Origin: an uncultured Clostridia bacterium
GTDB lineage: Bacteria > Bacillota > Clostridia > Christensenellales > CAG-138
Direction: 5' to 3'
DNA length: 64,000 nt
Assembly (NCBI GenBank): GCA_947166925.1
Contig: CAMVGD010000001.1
Location: 41,574-105,573 of the forward strand
Shown here in pieces: positions 9,440 to 20,864 of this stretch. Numbering within the stretch: the stretch's first letter is position 1; each line of letters opens with the position of its first letter. The position numbers were made by a program, and so were the translations under genes. The notes under the pieces were generated by a model that saw only the letters and a list, made by a program, of their open reading frames with translations, was not told the DNA's origin and searched no databases.

Positions 9440-10723
9440 TCAGAAGCTTTTGGGCGGCCAGAACAGGGAGAGCTTGTCGATGTGCTCCTCCGGCATATCC
9501 TTCCAGCCGGATTCGGGATCCGTCCAGGTACGGGTGTCGGGGCACTTCCAAAGCTTATAGACATTGCCGAACGGGTCCGCAACGGGGAACATGCTGGCCC
9601 AGTTGTCCGCATCGGGGATCTCGCCGAGCAGCTTGCCGCCGAGCGCAAGGATCTTGTCGACGGTGACCTTAGGGCTTTCCGTCATGCGGATCTCGATGAC
9701 GAACTCAACGTCCGGCACGGTCTCTTCATCGGTGTGCGTGACCATGAAGTTCATATGTCCCGGTACAAGACCTTCGTAATCGTAATAGCTCGGACCGGTT
9801 GCGGCGATCAGCGTCGGGTTTTCCGCACCTTCTTCCTTGCCGCCTGCGCTGCCGGGCAGTTCGATCATATCCCAGCCGAACAGATCGACCCAGAACTTCT
9901 GCCAGCGGCGGAAATCCTTATAATAAATGTTGCCGAAACGGAGACGTCCGTGCAGATCCTGTTCGGGGAACTTCTTCGGCGGTCGGCCGATGTACTCCGG
10001 CACCTTACCCTGGTTTTTGAGTCCTTCGCGGTACATCTGCGGGTATTCACGCACGTCAAAATTGACCTGATTTTCAGGCGCGCTCCAGTCGAGACCTTCG
10101 GGCGTCTGCGTCAGATAGAACGGGTTGCCTTCCGGGTCTTCCGCAACGGCATAGGTCACGCCCTCGACGTTCTCGTACGGCGTGCGAAGCACCTTGCCGC
10201 CGTATGCGGGGATCTTTTCGAGGATCGCATTGAGATCGTCCACCTCCACGAGAAACTTCGGATTTTTCGCCTCAACGTCCTTTTTCTTGGATTTCAGATA
10301 GGCATAAGTGAAGGAGGGGAACATCGGTTCCCAGTTGTCGAAGCCGTCCCCGGTCGCCGCAAAGTACAGCGGTTCGGGATTGTCCGGGTCCTCGCCCTTG
10401 GCAAGCACGATGTCCCAGCCGAAGACGTCTTCGTAGTATTTTTTGGCGAGCGCCGCGTCGTCATAGCCGAGCACGGCTCTGCGCGCCTGTCCGTGGCGGG
10501 TGTGCGCCGGGAACGCTTTTGCATGGTGGAAAGAAACGTCATACTTATCCCAGTCGGGATCGGGAAGAATGGGATCGACATGGATGCGGCGGTCGTCGAA
10601 ACTGGTGATAAAGGGTTCCTCGAAGATGATGCTCTTCCCGCAATACGGGCAGACTTTCGGGGCGACTTCCTCTTCGAGATCATAGGCGGTTCCGCAGGTG
10701 AAGCAGGTGTAGATTTTTCTCAT
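9440..10723 (-). CDS. Zinc-ribbon plus tandem VOC (glyoxalase/bleomycin-resistance/dioxygenase fold) protein, paralog 1
   Basis: N-terminal CFTCG...CPYCG; conserved linker RRIHVDPILPDPDWDKYDVSFHHAKAFPAHTRHGQARR; two VOC-like repeats centred on YYEDVFGWD and FWVDLFGWD. Confidence 0.8.
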   Translation of the reverse strand: MRKIYTCFTCGTAYDLEEEVAPKVCPYCGKSIIFEEPFITSFDDRRIHVDPILPDPDWDKYDVSFHHAKAFPAHTRHGQARRAVLGYDDAALAKKYYEDVFGWDIVLAKGEDPDNPEPLYFAATGDGFDNWEPMFPSFTYAYLKSKKKDVEAKNPKFLVEVDDLNAILEKIPAYGGKVLRTPYENVEGVTYAVAEDPEGNPFYLTQTPEGLDWSAPENQVNFDVREYPQMYREGLKNQGKVPEYIGRPPKKFPEQDLHGRLRFGNIYYKDFRRWQKFWVDLFGWDMIELPGSAGGKEEGAENPTLIAATGPSYYDYEGLVPGHMNFMVTHTDEETVPDVEFVIEIRMTESPKVTVDKILALGGKLLGEIPDADNWASMFPVADPFGNVYKLWKCPDTRTWTDPESGWKDMPEEHIDKLSLFWPPKSF

Positions 10724-10898
10724 GGGATTCTTCCTTTCTGTAATATTATGATTTCCGGACGTGTATTTATCCTTTTTTCATTCTTACCATATCCGGTTTC
10801 CTGACGGTTCTCAAGTTATAAACGCATCTGTTTATCTCATATTGATAACAACCGCGCAGTTTGTAACATCGGGCGAACGATCCGTGATGAATTCTAAC

Positions 10899-10929
10899 GA
10901 AAAAGACCGCCCGTAAAAACGGACGGTCT
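10899..10929 (-). terminator. Rho-independent terminator of gene 10953-12230
   Basis: agaccgcccg (10904-10913) pairs with cggacggtct (10920-10929) with one mismatch. The A-run 5' on the + strand gives a T-run on the - strand. Confidence 0.6.
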
Positions 10930-10952
10930 CTCATAATTATTCAGAACACGAC

Positions 10953-12230
10953 TCAGATCCCGGATTTGAACAGCTGCGGATCCCAGGTGTCCCAGCCGGC
11001 TTCCGCCTCGTCCCAGGTGCGCGAATCGGGGCACTTGGAGAGTGAAAGCTTGTTGCCGCTCGGGTCCCACGCGGTGAAGGTCGCAAACCAGTTCGCATTA
11101 TCGAACTTCGGCACGTCGTCGCCGACTTTGCCGCCGAAATTCTCGACTTCTGCGGCGGTCATCGCGATCGGCACATCCATATGGATCTCCATACCGAAGT
11201 TGACCTCGGGCAGCACGTCACCCTCAAACGGATAGCAGCCGAGGTTCATGTGCCCGGGCACGCAGCCTTCCCACGTTTCATAACTCGGACCGGTCGCGAT
11301 GAGACAGCCGGGATTCGGATCGCCGGCCTCTTTTCCGCCGACGGCGGCGGGCAGCTCGAAGAAGTCCCAGCCGAACAGATCGATCCAGAACTTCTGGAAC
11401 GCCTTGAAATTGCCCGTGCGATAGAAGATGTTTCCGAAGCGCGGACGTCCGTGCAGCGATTTGCGCGTGAACTTCTTCGGCGCACGGAAGGGATAGCGTG
11501 ATTTCGGATCGAAATCGGACTTGTACATCCGGTCATACTTATACGGATTCGTGCGGTCCCATTTATAATAGACCTGCGATTCCGGCTCGCTGAAGGTCAC
11601 GTCGGCAGGCGTCTGCCACACGATGAACGGATTGCCCTCGGTGTCGGCGAGCACGGCGTAGATCTTGCCGTCCTCTTCGTATCTGCTGCGGATGACGGTC
11701 CCGCCGTAGGGAACGATCTTCTTCGCGATCTCTTCCACGTCGTCGACCTCGACGACGAAATGCGGATGCACACCGGTCGGATCGGCCTCGACCGGCTTCA
11801 GGAAACCGTAGCCGGTGGAACCGAAACGCGGCTCCCAGTTCGGGAAGCCGGGACCGGTCGCGCAGAGAAAGGTCGGCCGATCTTTATCCCGATCGGCTTC
11901 GATCGGAACGGTGTCCCAGCCGAAAACCTTCTCGTAAAATTCGCGCGTCGGAACGAGGTCCTTATAATAGGTAACGAAGCGGCGCACCTGACCGTGACGC
12001 GTGCCCTTCGGAAACGCCTTCGGGTGATGGTATGCAATATCGTACTTCGGCCAGTCGGGATCGGGTCCCATCGGATCGACGTGGATTCGTCTCTTCTCAA
12101 TGCTGCCGCACCAGGGCTCGCGCAGATATTGCGATTTGGGAGCTGAGCAGGAAGGGCAGAATTCCGGGCAGTCCTCTTCCTCGAGCGCCATCGGAAATCC
12201 GCACTTGAAACAGGTGTAGATGTACTTCAT
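10953..12230 (-). CDS. Zinc-ribbon plus tandem VOC protein, paralog 2
   Basis: The start at ATG 12230 (MKYIYTCFKCG) has GGAGG 7 nt upstream. CFKCG...CPSCS, then RRIHVDPMGPDPDWPKYDIAYHHPKAFPKGTRHGQVRR, FYEKVFGWD and FWIDLFGWD. It is colinear with paralog 1. Confidence 0.8.
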   Translation of the reverse strand: MKYIYTCFKCGFPMALEEEDCPEFCPSCSAPKSQYLREPWCGSIEKRRIHVDPMGPDPDWPKYDIAYHHPKAFPKGTRHGQVRRFVTYYKDLVPTREFYEKVFGWDTVPIEADRDKDRPTFLCATGPGFPNWEPRFGSTGYGFLKPVEADPTGVHPHFVVEVDDVEEIAKKIVPYGGTVIRSRYEEDGKIYAVLADTEGNPFIVWQTPADVTFSEPESQVYYKWDRTNPYKYDRMYKSDFDPKSRYPFRAPKKFTRKSLHGRPRFGNIFYRTGNFKAFQKFWIDLFGWDFFELPAAVGGKEAGDPNPGCLIATGPSYETWEGCVPGHMNLGCYPFEGDVLPEVNFGMEIHMDVPIAMTAAEVENFGGKVGDDVPKFDNANWFATFTAWDPSGNKLSLSKCPDSRTWDEAEAGWDTWDPQLFKSGI

Positions 12231-12483
12231 ATTGCCGCCTCCTTGTATGATTATAATGGAAATTGTTTTGAAAACACGCAAAACGATACGCTCGGTTTCA
12301 TTGTTGCGTATCTGTTCACCGGATGCAAGTTACAGCATCGCCGCATTCAAACGGAAAGCGTGAAAAAAACGGGCGATTATAACGCGGACGTTCATATCGA
12401 CAGAAAACTATACCGCATCGAGGAATGTATAAATGACCGAATGAATACATGCGACACGGTGACGATGGCATTTCAAAAAAAGG

Positions 12484-12526
12484 TTGCAATTTGTATACTT
12501 GTGACGTAGAATATTATTGATAATAT
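12484..12526 (+). promoter_or_regulatory. Candidate promoter of the TetR gene with an overlapping palindromic operator
   Basis: TTGCAA (12484-12489), a 17-nt spacer, then TAGAAT (12507-12512). A palindrome ATATTAT-TG-ATAATAT lies at 12511-12526, in the divergent region shared with the VOC paralog. Confidence 0.45.
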
Positions 12527-12559
12527 CCGGATCAAACACGGAAAGGAGATGCAGCAGCG

Positions 12560-13138
12560 GTGAACGAACCGACAAAAAAGAGAATCGCTTCGGCATTTAC
12601 GGAAATACTTTGCCGAAAGCCGTTTGCAAGCATCAAGGTCAAAGACGTCATCGACGCCGCGGGTGTGTCGCACATGACGTTCTACCGGAACTATTCCGAT
12701 ATGTATGATCTGGTAGAAAAGATTTGCTACGAGGATCTGATGCTGTTTTCAAAGATCTACGGCAGAAACGCAGAGTGGAAGGCGATCGTTTTCTGTATTT
12801 TGAATACAATCAAAAATAACGCGGCCTTCTACGGAAAGATTCTGAAAGACGAACAGGCAATCGAGTCGTTTAACCGTGCCCTTTGCCGTGTATCCATCGA
12901 TACGACGGGAGCGCAGGGATCCAAAACAACGCAGACTGCTTGGTGCGACACCATGCAGAAATGGGCAAAGAGCGGGTTTTCCGAATCCGTTGAGGATGTG
13001 TATATTGAACTGATCGGAGCGATGCCGCTGCACGAGGTATTTACGGGCGATGCGCTGCGCGACGTGATTCAGGCGTATGAGACAAGCACGCTGGACGATT
13101 TCCGCAATCGTCTGAAATATCCGCAGAAAAAAGTATAA
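12560..13138 (+). CDS. TetR/AcrR-family transcriptional regulator
   Basis: N-terminal HTH pattern (KKRIASAFTEILCRKPFASIKVKDVIDAAGVSHMTFYRNYSDMYDL). Confidence 0.85.
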   Translation: MNEPTKKRIASAFTEILCRKPFASIKVKDVIDAAGVSHMTFYRNYSDMYDLVEKICYEDLMLFSKIYGRNAEWKAIVFCILNTIKNNAAFYGKILKDEQAIESFNRALCRVSIDTTGAQGSKTTQTAWCDTMQKWAKSGFSESVEDVYIELIGAMPLHEVFTGDALRDVIQAYETSTLDDFRNRLKYPQKKV

Positions 13139-13165
13139 CTGCCGCACAGCGCACTTTACCGGTCG

Positions 13166-13203
13166 GGGGATCTTTCCGGAAACGGAACGATCCCTTTATT
13201 CGT
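13166..13203 (+). terminator. Rho-independent terminator after the TetR gene
   Basis: The hairpin gggggatctttccg-gaaa-cggaacgatccc is followed by tttattcgttt. Confidence 0.55.
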
Positions 13204-13374
13204 TTGCCGGTTTATCCCTCGGGGTGTTACGAACAGGAAAAAATATAACACGGGTATGATGCACCCGAAAAGTTATAACTTGCCGCTCCGCTCAAAAACT
13301 TTATAATTATAATCAAGAACGGAGTATTTATAAATCCGGCTTGACGCGATTTCAGAACGGAAGGAGACGCGAAA

Positions 13375-15799
<2,425 letters not shown>

Positions 15800-15819
15800 G
15801 GTTCGGAAAGGAGAGCAAT

Positions 15820-17319
15820 ATGGCGGAAACGATTCTTAAAGCAGAACACATGTTCAAGGAATTCGGCGCCACGAAAGCGGTTACGGATGTCACCATCGAA
15901 CTGCGTCAGGGCACGGTTCTCGGACTTGTCGGCGAAAACGGTTCCGGCAAATCCACGCTGTCAAGCATGATCGCGGGTGTATATCCTCCAACGAAGGGGC
16001 AGATGACCTATATGGGCGCGGCGTACAAGCCGGGTTCGGTGCTTGAAGCGAGAAAAGCCGGTATCCAGTACCTGACGCAGGAGCAGGGAACGATCGACGG
16101 CATGACGGTTGCGGAGAACATGTTCCTCGGCGAGGAGGACAGCTTCGGCAAAGGCGGCATGGTCAATATGCGACGGCTGATCGCGCGTGCGAAGGAGATC
16201 CTGAACGAGAACGGACTCGCGCACGTCGACCCTTCGCAGCCCATCGAAAAGTATTCGTTCGAGGACCGCAAGATGATCGAGACGGCGCGCTCGCTTTCGA
16301 AGCAGCCGGACATCCTGATCATCGACGAGACGACGACGGCGCTGTCCAAGAAGGGCGTCGAGCGCATCTATGAGATCATTGCCGAACAGAAAGCAAAAGG
16401 CACGGCGATCCTGATCATTTCCCACGACCTTTCCGAGGTGCAGCATCTGTGCGACGAAGTCATGATTCTGCGTGACGGCGTGTTTATCGATCTTCTGCAC
16501 GGAGACGATATCAATCCGGACAACATGCGTCAGAAAATGATCGGACGCGAGTTCGAGGGTTCCTATTACCGGGCGGACTTTGAATGCACGCACGGGGACG
16601 AGGTCGTGCTCTCCGCCAAGCACCTGACGGTCGACGGCGCGTTCCGCGATATCAGCTTCGATCTGCACAAGGGCGAGATCCTCGGCTTCGGCGGACTTTC
16701 CGACTGCGGCATGCACGAGGTCCTGAAGACCGTATTCGGCGCGATCAAACCCACGCACGGCAGCGTGACGCTGACCGAGGGCGGCATAAAGATTCACAAC
16801 ACGACCACGTCCGTGAAGCACAAGATCGCGTACATCCCGAAGGACAGAGACAAGGAATCACTCTTCCAGCCGACCAGCATCAAGGACAACATCGTGGCGT
16901 CCTCGCTTGACAAGATCAGAAAGTGGATCTACATCTCGCCGCGTGCCGAACGGAAAATGGCGAACGAACAGGCGAAGATCATGGAAGTCAAGATGCAGAG
17001 CGTCATGCAGATGGCGAAGGACCTGTCCGGCGGCAACAAGCAGAAGGTCGTCATTGCCAAATGGCTTGCAAACGATTCGCGGATCTTCATCATGGACTGC
17101 CCGACGCGCGGCATCGACGTCGGCGTCAAGGCCAAGATCTACCGTTTGATGGAGGATTTCAAAAAGCAGGGGATCTCGGTGCTGATGGTTTCCGAAGAAA
17201 TGATGGAACTGATCGGCATGGCGGATCGCATCATCACGATGAAGGACGGCAGACAGACCGGCGAGTTTATGCGGTCGGAGTCGCTTTCCGAAGCGGACAT
17301 CATTCAGAAGATCATCTGA
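15820..17319 (+). CDS. Sugar ABC transporter ATP-binding protein (duplicated ABC domains, CUT2 type)
   Basis: GENGSGKST Walker A, and a second half with LSGGNKQKV. Confidence 0.9.
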   Translation: MAETILKAEHMFKEFGATKAVTDVTIELRQGTVLGLVGENGSGKSTLSSMIAGVYPPTKGQMTYMGAAYKPGSVLEARKAGIQYLTQEQGTIDGMTVAENMFLGEEDSFGKGGMVNMRRLIARAKEILNENGLAHVDPSQPIEKYSFEDRKMIETARSLSKQPDILIIDETTTALSKKGVERIYEIIAEQKAKGTAILIISHDLSEVQHLCDEVMILRDGVFIDLLHGDDINPDNMRQKMIGREFEGSYYRADFECTHGDEVVLSAKHLTVDGAFRDISFDLHKGEILGFGGLSDCGMHEVLKTVFGAIKPTHGSVTLTEGGIKIHNTTTSVKHKIAYIPKDRDKESLFQPTSIKDNIVASSLDKIRKWIYISPRAERKMANEQAKIMEVKMQSVMQMAKDLSGGNKQKVVIAKWLANDSRIFIMDCPTRGIDVGVKAKIYRLMEDFKKQGISVLMVSEEMMELIGMADRIITMKDGRQTGEFMRSESLSEADIIQKII

Positions 17320-17334
17320 CGGGGGGTACGGAAC

Positions 17335-18249
17335 ATGCGTGACAAGATTCGAAAAATCATTCCGGTCGCAGGTCTTTTGATCCTGATCGTTCTGTTTTCT
17401 CTGACGACGGACGGCAAGTTCTTTACCTGGCGAAACCTGCAGAACATCGTTATGCAGGCGTCGATCGCGCTGGTCGCCGCCGTCGGTACCGTGTTCGTCA
17501 TGGCGCACAACAACCTTGACTTCTCGCTGGGCGGCGCGTGCGCGCTTTCGAGCGTACTCGCGTATCTTTGCTCCGGCGGAAACCTCTGGCTGTTCATTAT
17601 TCTGGCGATTGTGTTCGGCGTCTGCTGCGGGCTGTTCTCCGCGGTTGTGCACATTTACGGACGCGTTCCGGCGTTCATGGGCGGTCTGTGCCTGATGTTC
17701 GCGGGCCGCGGCGTCGCGCAGACGGCGTCCGCATCACGGAACATGATGGTCACCAAAGCGGTCGCGCTCAACAATTTCTGGGTGTTCCTTGCGGTCGTGG
17801 CCGTGGTGTTCGGCGTCGGGTACTTTATTTTCAACTTTACGAAGGTCGGCAAGTTCCAGAAACTGATCGGCACCAATCCGAAAGCGACCGAGCTCTCCGG
17901 CGTCAGCGTCGACAAATATAAGGCGATCGCTTTCGTGATCAGCGGCGTGACGCTCGGCATCGCATCCACGCTCGCGCTTTCGAGAAGCCTTGCGGTCACG
18001 GGCAACACGGGTCTGAACCTCGAGACGGACGTGCTCCTCGCGCTGAGCCTCGGCGGCATCGCAATGGCGGGCGGTTCCGCAACGCGCATCCGCTCCGCGA
18101 TCATCGGTGTGCTGACCTACTACATCCTGAACAACGGCATGCTGCTCTGGGGCATGAACCCCGATTACGTGGACATCGTCAAGGCAGTGTTCTTCCTGGC
18201 AACGGTTTCGATTTCCATCGATCGCTCTGAGTACGATCTCATTGCGTAA
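17335..18249 (+). CDS. Sugar ABC transporter permease (RbsC-like)
   Basis: Multi-TM hydrophobic protein in operon context. Confidence 0.85.
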   Translation: MRDKIRKIIPVAGLLILIVLFSLTTDGKFFTWRNLQNIVMQASIALVAAVGTVFVMAHNNLDFSLGGACALSSVLAYLCSGGNLWLFIILAIVFGVCCGLFSAVVHIYGRVPAFMGGLCLMFAGRGVAQTASASRNMMVTKAVALNNFWVFLAVVAVVFGVGYFIFNFTKVGKFQKLIGTNPKATELSGVSVDKYKAIAFVISGVTLGIASTLALSRSLAVTGNTGLNLETDVLLALSLGGIAMAGGSATRIRSAIIGVLTYYILNNGMLLWGMNPDYVDIVKAVFFLATVSISIDRSEYDLIA

Positions 18250-18298
18250 ATATGGAATGATGATAAACAAAACAAAAAAATAAACGGAGGAAAACAAA

Positions 18299-19429
18299 AT
18301 GAAAAAGGTTCTGGCAATCGTACTGGCTGTTATGATGATGCTCGCATTTGCGGCATGTTCCGGCAGCGACAAACCGGCGGACGGCGGCCAAGAGGGCGGC
18401 TCGAACGTCAGGCACAAGATCGGCATGATCTGGTACGGCAACACCGACCCGATGGGCGGCACCTTCTATGCGTGGGCGAACCATGCGGCGGAACTGCTGA
18501 ACGTTGAGCTCGTGTGGCATCTCGGCGACTACACCACCGAAGCGGAACTCGCTGCCTGCGAGCAGATGATCAGCGCGGGCTGCGAAGGCATCTACTTCAT
18601 CCCGATGGACACCGCGGCAAACCTGCAGCTCGGCAACGCGTGCAAGGACGCGGGCGTTTACTGGGCGGTATCCAACCGCGACATCCTCGACGAGGACATC
18701 AAGGCGGCGTGCTACGCGAACCCCTACATGGTCACCCATATCTGGGACGCGAGCTACGATCTGGCGAAGAACATGGTCAAGGTCCTTGCGGATCAGGGCG
18801 TCAAGAAGGTCTGCATGATCTCCGGCGACCCGAAGGACGCGATGATGGTCGACCGCAACAACGGCTTCCAGGACGGCTGCAAGGAATACGGCATTGAGAT
18901 CCTCGGCACCTTCCAGACTGAGACCGACGCAAAGGTCATCACCGACGGCGTGAACAACTTCCTGACCCTCTATCCGGACGTGCAGGGCATTCTGGCCGTA
19001 TCCGGAACGGCAGGTTGCGGCGAAGCGATCATCTCCACGCTCGAAGGCTCCGGCAGAGAAGCGGGCTCCATCAAGGTTGCGACGTTCGACACGTTCGACG
19101 GCAACAAGGAAGCGTTTGAAAAGGGCTGGCTCGCAGCGAACTGCGGCGGCTACACCTCCGAGTGCCTCGTTGCGTTCCTCGCGCTGGTCAACAGAGTGCA
19201 GGGCAACATCACGACCGACGGTCCGTTCAAACTCCATCTTTCCCCGATCATCATCAGCAGTGCGGAAGAAATGGACATCTTCTCCCAGTACGTTGACAAC
19301 CCCGAGATCCAGCTCTACAGCGATGAGGACATCAAGGGCATGGTGAGCGCAAACTGCGACGAAGCGTACTATCAGGGCGTGCTCGACAACTGGACGATTG
19401 ACTTTGTCAAGAAGGCAGTCGGTAAATAA
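18299..19429 (+). CDS. Sugar ABC transporter substrate-binding lipoprotein
   Basis: Signal peptide with lipobox LAFAACSG; periplasmic-binding-protein-like composition. Confidence 0.85.
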   Translation: MKKVLAIVLAVMMMLAFAACSGSDKPADGGQEGGSNVRHKIGMIWYGNTDPMGGTFYAWANHAAELLNVELVWHLGDYTTEAELAACEQMISAGCEGIYFIPMDTAANLQLGNACKDAGVYWAVSNRDILDEDIKAACYANPYMVTHIWDASYDLAKNMVKVLADQGVKKVCMISGDPKDAMMVDRNNGFQDGCKEYGIEILGTFQTETDAKVITDGVNNFLTLYPDVQGILAVSGTAGCGEAIISTLEGSGREAGSIKVATFDTFDGNKEAFEKGWLAANCGGYTSECLVAFLALVNRVQGNITTDGPFKLHLSPIIISSAEEMDIFSQYVDNPEIQLYSDEDIKGMVSANCDEAYYQGVLDNWTIDFVKKAVGK

Positions 19430-19509
19430 GAATCTGATGCAGGGATGCGTTTCCGGGATGATTCCCGGAAACGCATCGGAAGGACAAATCTGAAACGAGA
19501 GGTATGGTT

Positions 19510-20511
19510 ATGAAAACGGTTTTAAAGTATGTCAAAGCGTACGCGCTCGCAATTCTGTCGCCCGTCGCTCTGATGCTCGTACTCCTTCTGGTCTCGCCTG
19601 AAACCAGAAGCTGGGCGGCCGTCTGGAACGTGATCCGGCAGTCGCTTGCGCCGGCGGTGCTCGGCATGGGCGTTCTGTTCAACATGAAGATCGGCAACTG
19701 GGACTTTTCGATCGGCGCGCGCGTCGTGCTGACAACGATCCTTGCCGGCAACTTCGCAATGCAGATCACGACGGCGCTGGGCCTCGGCGTTGCGGGATTC
19801 GTTCCGGTTCTGATCATCCTGTCGGTGCTGATCGGCATCGTGCTGGGCGTCATCGTCGGCGCTGCCTATTATTTCCTGCAGATTCCAACGCTGATCGTAT
19901 CCATCGGTCTGATGCTGATCATGGAGAGCTTTACGCGCATCCTGTTCAACGGCGCGGGAACGCACATCTCGCCCGGCTACATGGTGCTCGGCAAAACGCC
20001 CTGGGATCTGATCCTGTTCGCGGTCGCGTTCGTATTTGCATCGATCCTGTATTATAAACGCAAGATCGGCTACAGCGTACGTGCGGTCGGCAGCAATCCG
20101 GTCGTGGCAAAGACGAACGGCATCAACCCGAAGTTCCTGAAAGCGGAAGCGCTGGCGGTCTCCGGCATCTTCGCGGGTCTGTACTCGCTGATGAGCCTGA
20201 GCGCGACCGGCGTACAGTCCGCCGTCCAGGGCACAATGGGCAGTGCAGCGGCGGTTTTCGACGCCATGATGTGCGTTCTTATCGGCATGTCGATCGCAGG
20301 AAAAGGCAACATCATGTTCGGCGTATTCGCCGGTGCGGTTGTTGCCCAGATCCTCAAGATGGGCATGATGGCAATCGGTCTTCCGACAACATTCAACAAG
20401 GTTGTCATCGGCGTGTTCGTTGTCATCTTCATGGTTGGTTCCTCACGGTCCGATCTGTTCCGAAAGCTCGGCGCAAAGCTGCGCCGCAAAAAGTCGGAGA
20501 TCAGCGCTTAA
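19510..20511 (+). CDS. Sugar ABC transporter permease (second)
   Basis: Multi-TM protein. ATG 19510 is preferred over 19504 because GAGAGG lies 7 nt upstream. Confidence 0.85.
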   Translation: MKTVLKYVKAYALAILSPVALMLVLLLVSPETRSWAAVWNVIRQSLAPAVLGMGVLFNMKIGNWDFSIGARVVLTTILAGNFAMQITTALGLGVAGFVPVLIILSVLIGIVLGVIVGAAYYFLQIPTLIVSIGLMLIMESFTRILFNGAGTHISPGYMVLGKTPWDLILFAVAFVFASILYYKRKIGYSVRAVGSNPVVAKTNGINPKFLKAEALAVSGIFAGLYSLMSLSATGVQSAVQGTMGSAAAVFDAMMCVLIGMSIAGKGNIMFGVFAGAVVAQILKMGMMAIGLPTTFNKVVIGVFVVIFMVGSSRSDLFRKLGAKLRRKKSEISA

Positions 20512-20561
20512 TATTTATTAGCGATACTTTTCAGAACCGATCGTAATCTCTCTTTTCTTTT

Positions 20562-20608
20562 GAAAGGAATCTGTGTGAGAGTCTCTTACAGGTTCCTTTC
20601 AGTTTTTT
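20562..20608 (+). terminator. Rho-independent terminator of the sugar operon
   Basis: gaaaggaatctgt...acaggttcctttc hairpin (20562-20600) followed by agtttttt. Confidence 0.65.
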
Positions 20609-20864
20609 CATTTGTCTGGTATGATTCCACAATATACCTTGCTTTTGCTCCGATCTCGGAAAGGTGCTTATCGGGCTTGCCGAAAAACAGCAGTTCATAA
20701 TATAAATTCTAATGACAAATGTGCAAAAAAATCGGAGAGAGCTGAATAGCTTTCTCCGATGTTTCTGTGCCCTTACCGTGAAACCCGATAAAGCTATTTC
20801 TAAAAACCATGTAAATTTCTACTGACAGGGACATACATATAAAGGAAACTCTGTCAGCAGGCTT

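Noticed and set aside
20621-20764. A 47-aa basic ORF in the AT-rich spacer after the sugar operon.
   Set aside because: It has no RBS and spans a hairpin (20733-20762). It is most likely non-coding flank of the AlbA_2 islet.
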